NCBI RefSeq assembly: GCF_009914755.1
Contig: NC_060927.1
DNA length: 64,000 bases
Origin: the human T2T-CHM13v2.0 reference genome, Homo sapiens
Strand: one strand, 5' to 3'
Below the pieces are notes generated by a model, which saw only the letters and a program-made list of their open reading frames with translations, made no database searches and was not told where the DNA came from. Positions 52,304-62,272 of the stretch are shown one piece after another. The translations under genes and the position numbers were made by a program. Each line of letters starts with the position of its first letter. Within the stretch, counting starts at the first letter, position 1.

Positions 52304-52413
52304 TCCTTGGAGCTCTCTTCCCTAGGAATTAGTGTGTGGAGTCTCTATATGCTTGTGATCCTTGGAGCTCTCTTCCCTAGGAATTAGTGTGTGGAGTCTC
52401 TATATGCTTGTGA
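52304..52413. repeat. Perfect 2x55-bp tandem duplication
   Basis: TCCTTGGAGCTC...TATATGCTTGTGA at 52304-52358 and 52359-52413. Confidence 0.97.
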
Positions 52414-52687
52414 TTCACAACTAAATATGAAATTTCTCAATTCAGGAGCAGGAAGCAAAGTGCTGGGGTACAGTTTTGCAGATTGGTTGAAACACTTAGC
52501 CAAACTTAAGTGGCCTGGGTAGGACCATCACTCCCAAAGTTGTCAGCAGAGAAGGGCCCTCTGTGTGAGTCTATTCAAACCTGGCATTGCTCTGAAATTG
52601 AGTCCTCATCCCATGGGGAAGGTCTTCTGGGGGCTTTACATTCCTTGTTACTAGTGTTCTGGATATTACCTTCTGCTTCCCACTTCC

Positions 52688-52982
52688 TTTTTTTTTTTTT
52701 TGAGACAGAGTCTTGCTCTGTCACCCAGGCTTGAGTGCAATGGTGTGATCTTGGCTCCGTGCAACCTCCACTCCCGGTTTCAAGCGATCCTCCTGCCTCA
52801 GCCTCCCAAGTAGCTGGGATTACAGGTGCACACCACCATGCCCAGCTAATTTGTATATTTTTTAGTAGAGACGGGGTTTCACCACGTTGGCCAGGCTGGC
52901 CTTGAACTCCTGACCTCAAGTGATCCACCCTCCTCGGCCTCCCAGTGATGGGATTACAGGCGTGAGCCACTGCTCCTGGCCC
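52688..52982 (-). mobile_element. AluS in the 3'UTR
   Basis: TSD cccacttcctttt. Confidence 0.9.
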
Positions 52983-53583
52983 CCACTTCCTTTTGATTTC
53001 TCAGATCAGTCTTTCCCTTCTGAGCCATGGCCTTCTGTGCACCCAGCTCAGTGGCTCTTCACCCCTAAAACTAAGTGAAGTCATCCTTCCCCAAAAGGAC
53101 CCCTGGGAGATGTTCTGGCCCTCTGCTGACTACTCCCAGGAATCAGCACCTCAAGGACTATTTGAGAATGTTGTGCTCTCTATTGGTCACCTTGAGACTC
53201 CGTTCCCCTGCTGCCAACTCTTCTCTTCTGCCCTGTGTATTCTGCTGTGATCCCCTTAACGGCTTTTCTGTGCTACTAGCTTAGCCCTAGGCCTTTTATG
53301 AATACCTGAGTCTTATAACAATGAACTTCTTGAGCAGGCAGTGTCCAACTTCTTTGCTCTTCAGGGACCTGAGTGTGCACCTTTCCCTTTTGCAGGTCTA
53401 TTTGACATAGTAATCTAGTGTGTTGGGGAGGGGTAGCCAAGCAGGCTGCAGTGTCTGCAATGCAGAGGGCTTGGGGAGGTTTGGGTACTCTCTGCTGCCA
53501 CTACTGGGATGATATTCAGAAGAGAGAGGACCTCATACTGTGACTGGACCCAGGACCCTCCCTGGAAGAGAGCTCAGCCCAGC

Positions 53584-53626
53584 TGTGTGTGTGTGTGTGT
53601 GTGAGTGTGTGTGTGTGTGTTTGTGT
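53584..53626. repeat. Interrupted (TG)n microsatellite
   Basis: Seen directly. Confidence 0.9.
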
Positions 53627-54160
53627 GCTGTGCTCATGTGCACCTGGGTGTAAAATGACTGTTATCTGGTTGTGTTACTCAGGGTGGGCTGGGGACTCAC
53701 CAGAAGAATCCCCCCCAGCCTGCCCAAGACAGGTTTTTCCCTTGTACCATCTTCAGAGAGGTCAGGGGAAGAGGGTCCAGGTGGGTTAAGGGGGGTCGCT
53801 ATGGATAACCACTAAGACCAGACTGCTGCCAGGAGGAGTGGGGGATAATGAGGTGGCCCCAGGGTCCTGGCACCTGGCTTTGGTTTTCCGTCTTCTTTCC
53901 TCAGGACGCCCCTGAGGCCTGGGACCTGTGCCTGGCTTCGAGGAGCATCTGTGGCTGGGTGATCCAGCTGCTGGTGTGATCATGGGCTTCCCTCCTCTCA
54001 GCAGGGCAGGCGCTCCTGCCCCAGAGACTGGGCAACTGGCTGTTTCTATGACGTATTTATTTTTACTTGTGTTTCATGTCACTTTTTTAAAAAAAAGCAA
54101 ACAGAACAATTGTAAGTCAGTATAACTGCCTATCAGTTTTCTTTATTTCTCTTTTTGTAA

Positions 54161-54166
54161 AATAAA
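54161..54166 (+). terminator. RAD54L2: Polyadenylation signal AATAAA
   Basis: U-rich sequence and UGUA elements upstream (54111, 54156); GU-rich element downstream (GTGTTGTTTG, ~54186). Confidence 0.85.
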
Positions 54167-56620
54167 ATTTAAACTCAAGAAGGCAGTGTTGTTTGATCAA
54201 GGAATTGTCTGGATAGTTGTTTGGCTGGGTGGTGGTGAAAGGAATAGATCTTAGAACATAGTGGGCTCTGGGATAGCCCTTGGGTGATGAGATAGGCAGG
54301 AACAGAAGGAAGACTGATGGCAGGCTCTTTGTTGCAGTGGGGTTCACTGGGCTTTTTCTGCTTTTGTTCACCTGAAGAAGGATGTATTACCAGGCTCCAG
54401 GGGAAACAGCAAGCTGACTTCAGAGTGGCTTGAAGCTAGCTGGTCCTCAGCCAAGGCAAGTCCTGCAGGGGCAGCCCTGACTAGACAGTGAGTGGCTGGG
54501 GATTGGGCACAATGCCTTCAGAGGGTGGGAGACAGTGTGTCTGTGAGTGGCTGGTGGCAGCGAAAACATTCTTATTGCATGTGTATTCTCTGTCATCCAT
54601 GTTGGGGAATCTAGCCACTGGCCCACAGAGTTAAACAGAGCTTTGGAGTGTGAGAGGTGGGGGAAAGAAGGGACAGTCTACTCCAGCTTCCTGTTTAATT
54701 TCTTCAAGGGGAGGGGCCCTGGGGAAACAATTTTCTGGAAATTTACAAAGAAGGATAGAGAAAGAATCTCTGTAGTGATTCCTTGGACAGAGGAAGGCAA
54801 GAGGAGATGAAGGCCAAGTCTGGACTCATGATAGGGGAATCTGTGCTATTGGGAGATAAGATTGGGAGTGGAGGATGGTTGCAGCACATGGCTGGGCGAA
54901 CAGGTTTCCTCAGACCTGTTACAAGGGGTTGGAATGAAGAAAGTGCCTTGTAGAGTAGGCTGCTGCCTCCTGGTGGCCAGCCGCTGCCTTGCAGGGATCC
55001 TGCCAAGGGACCTCACTTGGCACTGTTGGAAGCAGCCTGAGGTGAAGCTGGGCAGGCTGATGTCATGGCCTGCAGCCCCAGTCACCAGCGGACTCTCCTC
55101 CCACAAAAGAGGTGCTGAAGCTCCTGAGGCACATGTTGAACTCTGATGTGGGGCTCTAGAGTTCCCCAATCAGGCTAAGGGAAGTGAGCAGAGAGAACAA
55201 GATAAAGAATGGGCACTTCCTTATAATGGTTTCCTGGGAAAAGCTCACCACCTTCTGAGAAGCAGGAGAAATGACCACGCAGACCCTGCAGGCAGAGGCT
55301 GTCAGTCTCTGAGCCCGGGCCATGGCTGCTCCTTGTGTCAAAGGAAATGCTACCAAGTGTGTAGCCCGCCTGCCTGGGGCACCTAAGCTGAGGGTTTGAC
55401 CATGTGCTTGATGTTCATAGGTAAAACAACTGCTGCGACCTGCACTGGCCCAGCCCGGAGTGCCTGTGAGGGGCCAGCTGCCTGTTCTGCCAGTTTGCCT
55501 AGAGGGCTGGGACAGGCTTGGCCCTGTGGATAAGGTTCAAACTCCCCTGCCTGCGGAAGGAAGAATGTGAAGCAGAGGGAAAGGAAGCTGGGATTTTGAC
55601 TGTCTCTGTGTGCCCAGCCTGCTCTTTGCTGGTGCAGTAGTGGGATCCACAAGGTGAACCACCCTGTGACTGCTGACTTTTCCCACCACCACCTTCGTGG
55701 TGTTCCCATCTGCTGGATCCCCCTCCCAAACATCAGTCCTTGTCAGGATACCAAAGTAGCTCTTGGCCTCGCCGGTCTTGTAGCCAAGCTTATGAGCATA
55801 GTTGTCACCTTCCCCACCTCCCACCAAAAGTCCGGGATTTTCACGAGGGGAGCGTTTTATCTTTGGGCCCCTAGAAGAGTGCTTTGTAGTTTGTAGGTCC
55901 TCAGAAATTTGAGGTGAAGATTGAACCAATCATCAAGGAGCTCACACTTGACGTGGGAATCACGTAAGTTACCGCTAAACCACAAAGGTAGACCAGCCTC
56001 CCACAGCCACAACCTGGGCACTGAGGGAGGAGCCTGGAAGAAGGGCATTCCCATGGAACGTGAACTCCAGGAGGGCAGAACCTTGGTTTTGTTCACTCTA
56101 TCCCCAGCCCCTAGAACTGTCCTGGCAAGGAGTAATAATAAGTGTTGGATGGATGAATATACTCACGGAAGTGGGAATGGGTGGGTGGAGGCAGGAAGCA
56201 GATATTTGCGCTATGCAGAAGTTGGATCCACCAGTTTCTTCCGCGAGCCCAGACTGGGCTTCAGCTTCCTCACCTATGCCTTTCTTGGTTCCCAAGTCTG
56301 TTGCGAAGCCACAGTGAGAGAAAGTGGCAGGACTAAAGGTGGTACAAATGCCAGAGGCTGATACTGCTGTGCTGCGCCTCCCTAGGCTGTACAAATTCTC
56401 CTCAGCCCCAGCTCCCTGGTCCCCAGCCTGGCCCTCTACTGCGGGCCACTGGGCTGCCTCCCGTACCCGAGCCTGGGCCAGGCTGTCACTGTGGTGCTCC
56501 TGCCAACCCAGATGCCCTGGGGTGTTGCTAAATCAACCTCAGCAACCGGATAGTTTGTTGGAGGCGGGAAGGTACGCCGTGGGTTCCGCCGCAGCCAGCG
56601 CTGGGGCTAGGCACACGCCC

Positions 56621-56634
56621 GTTGCCATGGAGAC
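56621..56634. promoter_or_regulatory. RFX X-box (GTTGCCATGGAGAC)
   Basis: Near-palindromic match to the RFX consensus GTTGCCATGGNRAC, abutting a GC box. Confidence 0.7.
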
Positions 56635-56699
56635 GGGGCGGGGCAGGCCTCCGCCCTCCGGGTCCCGCGCGCACGCGCCCACGGCCACGGCCATGTCCC

Positions 56700-56806
56700 G
56701 CCGCGAGAGGGGGCGGAGCGAGCGTGCGCGGCGGGCGCGCGCAGGCTCCGTAACCGAACCCTGAGCCGCCTGCGCGGATCGGCGTCCGCAGCGGGCGGCT
56801 GCTGAG
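56700..56806 (+). other. TEX264: TEX264 non-coding first exon (start approximate)
   Basis: Strong donor GAG|GTGAGG at 56807 inside the CpG island. Confidence 0.75.
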
Positions 56807-57745
56807 GTGAGGGCCGGGCCAGAGGAGAGGCATACCCACTGGGGCGTAGGTCTGGGACTCCCCCTGTCCGCCCTGGCGCGACCTCAGGACTCTCCGTGTC
56901 CCCTCCGTGACCCCCGCGGCCCGGGCCGCTCTTTGCATCTTGTCTTGCCCACAGCTGGCCTCGGCCAGGTCCGAGGGCCTGGATGCGACCTTGGGGCAGC
57001 CCCTACTCTTCCGGGCAGCCCACTTCCGCGGCCACCGGTGCAGGGCATGCCCCGGGGCCGTGGAGGTGAGGGAAAGAGGCGCGAGTCGCGTTTTAACTCC
57101 GCCCCCGTCCCCCAAGGCCGCGCCTCGCAGCCTGGGCTGCAAACTTTAGCGTCCTTTAAGTTACAGACGTGCGTGGGGCTCCGTGAGGAGGTGGGCGAAG
57201 AGAAAGGCTCTGAGTAAATAGGCAAGGCCCGGGGTGAGCAGGGGCTGGAATCCGAAAGTGGGAGGCGGCGGCCCCCCACCCTCCATAGTCCTTCCGCCCT
57301 CTGCTAGCACCGAAGTTTAGCCCAGGACGGGGGCCGTTTAAGGGCCCGGCCCTCCGCCGCCGCGCACGTGAGCGGCACCAGGAAGCTGGCTGGGCGCAGC
57401 CTTCCCTGAGGCTCGCTGGCACCGGCCGCACGCGTCCATCCCGGGCCTCTGAGCGGAGGGGGAGCCGAGGCTAGAGGGAGGGCGCAGTCTGCCCAAGGTC
57501 AGCGGCAGCGGCAGTTTCTGGGCGCCAAGTGTGATTGGAGTACTCCAGGAAGAGGGGCGTGACCAGAGCTCTAGCGAAGAGACCTGACATTGTAAAGCTA
57601 GGTTTGGCTTCTGATTTCCACAGGGGGTTTGAGAATGGGACGAGGGTGCTTTAGAGGGACCGGTAGGCTTTCCCTGAGGACGGTAATCAGGGCATGATGG
57701 TTGGCTCAGTGGTTATTTCCTGGGCAGGGGTGACTGTTCTTTCAG

Positions 57746-57819
57746 CTCCCAGCACTGGAGCGCTCGGCCCCTGCCGCACTGGATGCCAGCAGTTACTAAA
57801 AGTGAGCCTGGCATTTCAG
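57746..57819 (+). other. TEX264: Candidate alternative TEX264 5'UTR cassette exon
   Basis: tgttctttcAG acceptor; CAG|GTGAGC donor (second possible donor at 57802). Confidence 0.5.
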
Positions 57820-58189
57820 GTGAGCTCCCAGACCTTCTTCCTTTTCTCTTGAATATAGGGGAAATTCACGTTACCTCTCCACGTGCCGACCAAGGCTCTG
57901 AGACCCCCAGGTGGGTTTTCTTCCCCCCCGCCGTTTTCTGAGCAGTTTGGGAAGTGAGAGGAAGAGAAAGGTAGATACTAAGTTTCCTTGAGGAGACAGG
58001 AAGTGTTCAGCTGAGATGGCAGATCAGGGTGAGGGCTTGTCATTCCCAAGGCAAGTGGGGGCCTAGATGCTGAGAGTTTTCCAGCTTTGGGCTCAGAGAT
58101 GTCCAACAAGGATTTAATGCTTCAGGCGTTTTGGAAGCCAGTCACCAGAGAGGAGAGAGAAAGTGGAAATGAGGGGCTGGAATCAGACT

Positions 58190-58385
58190 GTCTGGGCTTG
58201 TGTTGCCTGCATTTTGGTCCACGTGGCTCTGTTTAATACCTGTGTTACCTTGGGCAAGTCTCTTAACCTCTAACTACTTGAACCTTTAGCCTTACCTACC
58301 TCTTTGGATTGCTTTGAGGGTGAATGAAGTAGCTGTGTTTCAACATTTAGACAGTGCCTGGCGTATAGTAAGCATTCAGTGGAAG
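58190..58385. mobile_element. MIR
   Basis: tgtgttaccttgggcaagtctcttaacctct...acagtgcctggc. Confidence 0.6.
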
Positions 58386-59822
58386 ATTTCTCATCATTAT
58401 CAAAGAAAATTGGAATGAAAGTTACTGGAGACAAGATGAGTAGGACAGGCAGAAAAGAGAGAGATACTGATGGGTAGAAGCACAGATGGGTGAGACTAGT
58501 GGGCAACACCTCAATTTCTTGACACCGAAAGTTTAGAAATTTACTTTGCCTCTTTGTGAGCAAATACTGTGTGCTCATTGACTCCAAAGACAATTTTTTT
58601 TTAGCGTAAAATCAACACCCAGCACCCACAGGGAAGAAATAATTCCACAGAGCTAAGTATTCCACAAAGTTGCAGCGTGGCCTTTTTAGCTTCAAAACCT
58701 TTTAAATGTTAAATATTACTTTTAAATAATTGGGGTGGGAATGTCCCCCCAGTGGGTCACATGGCTCCCTTCCTCTTTAAACAGTCTTCTCTGGGCTGTG
58801 ATTTTTCCCCCCCGCCAGGCAACTCAGGTCAAGCCCTCTGTGTAAGAGGGTTAGGCCTCTGGCCCCAAGCTGCCTGGAGAACTAGGCAGCCTGCCTTGAA
58901 TAGCTCACAGACTGGCCTCTGTGTTATGTTCCTGGGACTGCTCTTGAACAGCTTCTTTTCCTCTTAGGGATAATTGTTACTTCCTCCTGCTGTGCGACTC
59001 CCCTTTTAGCAGCCTTTTCCTCTTACTACTCACTGTTTCTTCTGTGGGCTGGAAAATTGGGATGAAGCTTGTTAACATTGGTGGTTCAAGTCTGGGAAGC
59101 TTAGTGTTGGACTTTGTTCTGCCTGCTCAGGCCGCTTTGCTCTGGTCTTTCCTCTGGTTCTGGATGGGTAAGCTTGCTGGATAGCAAGGTCCCTGCAGGC
59201 CAGATGTACTTAGAAAAGGAGAGTTTCTTATGAAATTCTCTTCCTGAGGCACATTTTTCCTCACAAGTTTTTGTTCCTTATGGTTTCCCTGTCGTTAGTA
59301 AGTGTTTGGACCCTAGCATTTGCCAGTCCTCCCTCTGGCAGTCGTCCCTGAGGCTTGGGGAGGCTGGGCTGGTGGCGTGGCTCAGCTGTGGGGAGGAAGA
59401 GGTAATGTGGAGGAAAGGCAGGCTGGCTGGTATCTGGTACATCTTCGGGGAGACTTGTCAGGGCCCGGAGTATGTCTCTGGCTGAATCACTCCTGTGCCC
59501 CTCTGTGACTCAGTTTCCCCAGGTGTGACCAGGGCTGCCAGCTGACAGTTTGAGCTGCTCTGAGATCCTCACCAACTGCGATTAAGAAATAAAGAGGCTT
59601 GTGGCTTCAGTCATCCTTGTAGCTCCCTTCCAGGTCACTCTGTGTGTAAACACCTCTGGCCCCTCCCCTTTCTGGGTCAGAGCACCCAAGGCAGGTCTGA
59701 GGAGGTTGGGCCAGAACTGGTTGGCGGGCAAGTGGGCACATTGTCAGAGTAGGCTACCAGCCTCCTCTCCCTTCTTTCTCCTTTGCAGCTGCCTTGAGGT
59801 GCAGTGTTGGGGATCCAGAGCC

Positions 59823-60080
59823 ATGTCGGACCTGCTACTACTGGGCCTGATTGGGGGCCTGACTCTCTTACTGCTGCTGACGCTGCTGGCCTTTGCCGGG
59901 TACTCAGGGCTACTGGCTGGGGTGGAAGTGAGTGCTGGGTCACCCCCCATCCGCAACGTCACTGTGGCCTACAAGTTCCACATGGGGCTCTATGGTGAGA
60001 CTGGGCGGCTTTTCACTGAGAGCTGCAGCATCTCTCCCAAGCTCCGCTCCATCGCTGTCTACTATGACAACCCCCACATG
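59823..60080 (+). CDS. TEX264: TEX264 first coding exon (aa 1-86: N-terminal membrane anchor and start of the GyrI-like domain); exon starts at 59789
   Basis: gccATG; MSDLLLLGLIGGLTLLLLLTLLAFAGYSG...YYDNPHM; long pyrimidine tract plus cAG at 59788; ATG|GTAAG donor; remainder of gene lies beyond the window. Confidence 0.95.
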
Positions 60081-62079
60081 GTAAGGAGTCTCCATGGGGT
60101 TCTGCCCCATGGATGGGCCTGGTGGGCCAGGGCTTCTTTGGGGAGGGTAGTTTTGGTTGCTGAGGAAAGGGTGGGAGAATCTTCAAGCTGGCCCTGCAGA
60201 CCCCTCCTCTATGAGCTTGAAGCACCTTCCAGATTTAGCCTGGACTTCTGCTCCCGGCATCCATTTGTGGGCTTTCTATTTGCCCAGGTCTGGTTCCCCT
60301 TGCCCATGGCTACTTGTGGATTTCCAAATGCAGTGGACTATACCACCATGAATCCCTGGCTTCTGCCAGGACTTTGGTCCCCTGCCTCCTCTTCTTGTCA
60401 TCCCTCCTTCCATCTCCATTTGGGGCCAGTGCTCTAAGGCCAGGCCATTCAGATTCTGCCCACTCTTTGGGGTTACATCTTGCTGTTTCTGTGCTTTCCA
60501 TCCCTCAGCTCTTCTGCCATAGTTGTAGGCCCTTGAGGGCTGAGAGGGCAGTCCCTGGGGATGGGGCTTGGAATCTTACCTCTTCAGCCATTCTGATGCC
60601 CCTCAACCTGGTGATATGGCATTTCCTTAGACCTCAAGCTGGTGCTGGGAGATGGCCAAGGGGGCTAGTGGAGCCAGATGAGTTACTTAGAATGTTCAGA
60701 ATGCTGAAGTCAAAAACTAATCCAGCATCACTAGCACCCTGTGAGCGTCTGGCTGTTCTTACAACCTATGGTGAGTCAGAGCTTGCTAATGTAACCTACT
60801 GCTATGCTATGGGGTGGTGCTGCCCACAGCTGGATGGGCTGGCAGCTCTGTCAAGGGTTCTTCAGCCTCTACTACTAAGCCATGCCAAACCAAGCATTTG
60901 GAATCCCCAGCTCTGATTTCCTTGCCTGGAGAGCTCAAGTGCACAAGTCCTGCAGTCTACCCAATGTGTGCTGACCGGCTTACTGGGGCACTAGTTGAAA
61001 CAGGATGTACTGGTTCCCTCTCTGTGCCAGGTTCTACTCTACACCTACACTCTGGAGATGAATCAGACCTGGCTCTGCCCTCAGGAAGCTCTGTGTGGCT
61101 GACATGTCAGCCCCACATAAGTGATTCTCCAACAAGACACTGTGCTTGATGTCCACAGAACTTTGAGCTGTAGGTTCAGGGAGGCTGCCATGAGTCTGCT
61201 GGGGAGGCTCAGAGAAGGGGTAGATTTCAGCTGGGCCTTCTCATGTAAGTAGAATTTTGCTTTGTTGGGAAGGGGTACTTGGCTAAGAAAACTGTGACAG
61301 CAAGAGCCTGAAGACATGGGATGACCAGAGAATTGTGGTTAGTAGACATGTCTTGGGTGGAGAAAGGTGGAAGGGTTTGCCCAGCCAGGTGGTGGGGAAG
61401 TACAGCAGGTTGAGAAGAAGGATGTGGCACAATTTGCCACCTTTGTTTTAGGAAGTTAGCTGAAGGGCAGGTGGAGGAGGGAAGGAGATGAGGCAGGAGG
61501 CCGTAGAAGAGATTGGGCTGGGTCCAGGTGAGAGGCGACATGGGTTGGTTGAGGTTTTGCAGTCACATGGCCAGGAGATGGCACTAACTGAAGTTGGGAG
61601 CACTGGAGCCTGAGTGGGATGGGACAGACAGTGGGCTATGGGGAGCTCCTAGAGCAGATGTGTGACCCTCACCCCTTCAAGGGCTCCGTTGTGTAAGGCC
61701 CTGCCCCCCCTTCCACACCTGGCCCAGTCAGAGCCTTCTGCAAGAAGAGTCCTTGCAGCTGGCTGTCTTCTCATTGGCGTGTCTGCCTGTTCTGGAATCA
61801 ACAGGTTGCCTCTTGGGTTGGAGGTGCTAATTCCTGGATGGGAAAGGGCTAAGGCAGCAGGGTACCCTGGGGTCAGTGCTGGAGGCTGGTCTAGGGAAGA
61901 GTGAGATGGAAGAAGCCTGGCATGGGATATTCTGGCCTGGCCACTGCCTCCTGCAGCTTTCCCAGAGATGTGGTGGACCCCATGGGGTGGGCCCTGGGTC
62001 TCCAGGGTTGGTTGGTCATAGTCTGACTAGGGTGCTTGTCTGGGGGACTGTGGCCTGAGAGCACAGCCTTGAGGCTAGC

Positions 62080-62272
62080 AGTCCCGAGTTCTGATTCTGT
62101 CCCATCACTGTCCTGCTGAGTGATCTTAGGCATATCCCATAATGTTTCTGAGCCTCTATTTCCTTGTCTGCAGAGTAATGATAAAATACCTGCTTCATAG
62201 TAGACTGAGAAGAGTTAAGTGATATAGGTGAGGCATTTACCCCAGCACTTAGCCCTCAACAGATGCTTAACA
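62080..62272. mobile_element. MIR
   Basis: gtgatcttaggc...tctgagcctctatttcctt.tctg. Confidence 0.55.

Larger units (their letters stand above)
48938..54185 (+). other. RAD54L2: RAD54L2 long 3'UTR (~5.2 kb)
   Basis: I found no AATAAA between the stop and 54161; repeat-poor sequence; 3' end approximate. Confidence 0.8.
56540..57560. promoter_or_regulatory. TEX264: CpG-island promoter of TEX264
   Basis: Dense undecayed CpG; GC boxes GGGGCGGGGC 56635-56644 and GGGGCGGAGC 56710-56719; NRF1-like CGCGCACGCGCC 56668-56679; no TATA. Confidence 0.9.

Noticed and set aside
52304-52413. Direct repeat as a CRISPR-like array
   Set aside because: Two abutting copies, no spacers, eukaryotic 3'UTR context
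56324-57431. Several 130-204 aa ORFs on both strands
   Set aside because: Expected from stop-codon scarcity in a CpG island; low-complexity products
59601-60437. 278-aa ORF as a longer TEX264 protein
   Set aside because: Non-ATG start in intron and read-through past a strong donor at 60081; only 59823-60080 is supported
60314-60916. 200-aa intronic ORF
   Set aside because: Non-ATG start, no recognisable domain and no convincing exon structure
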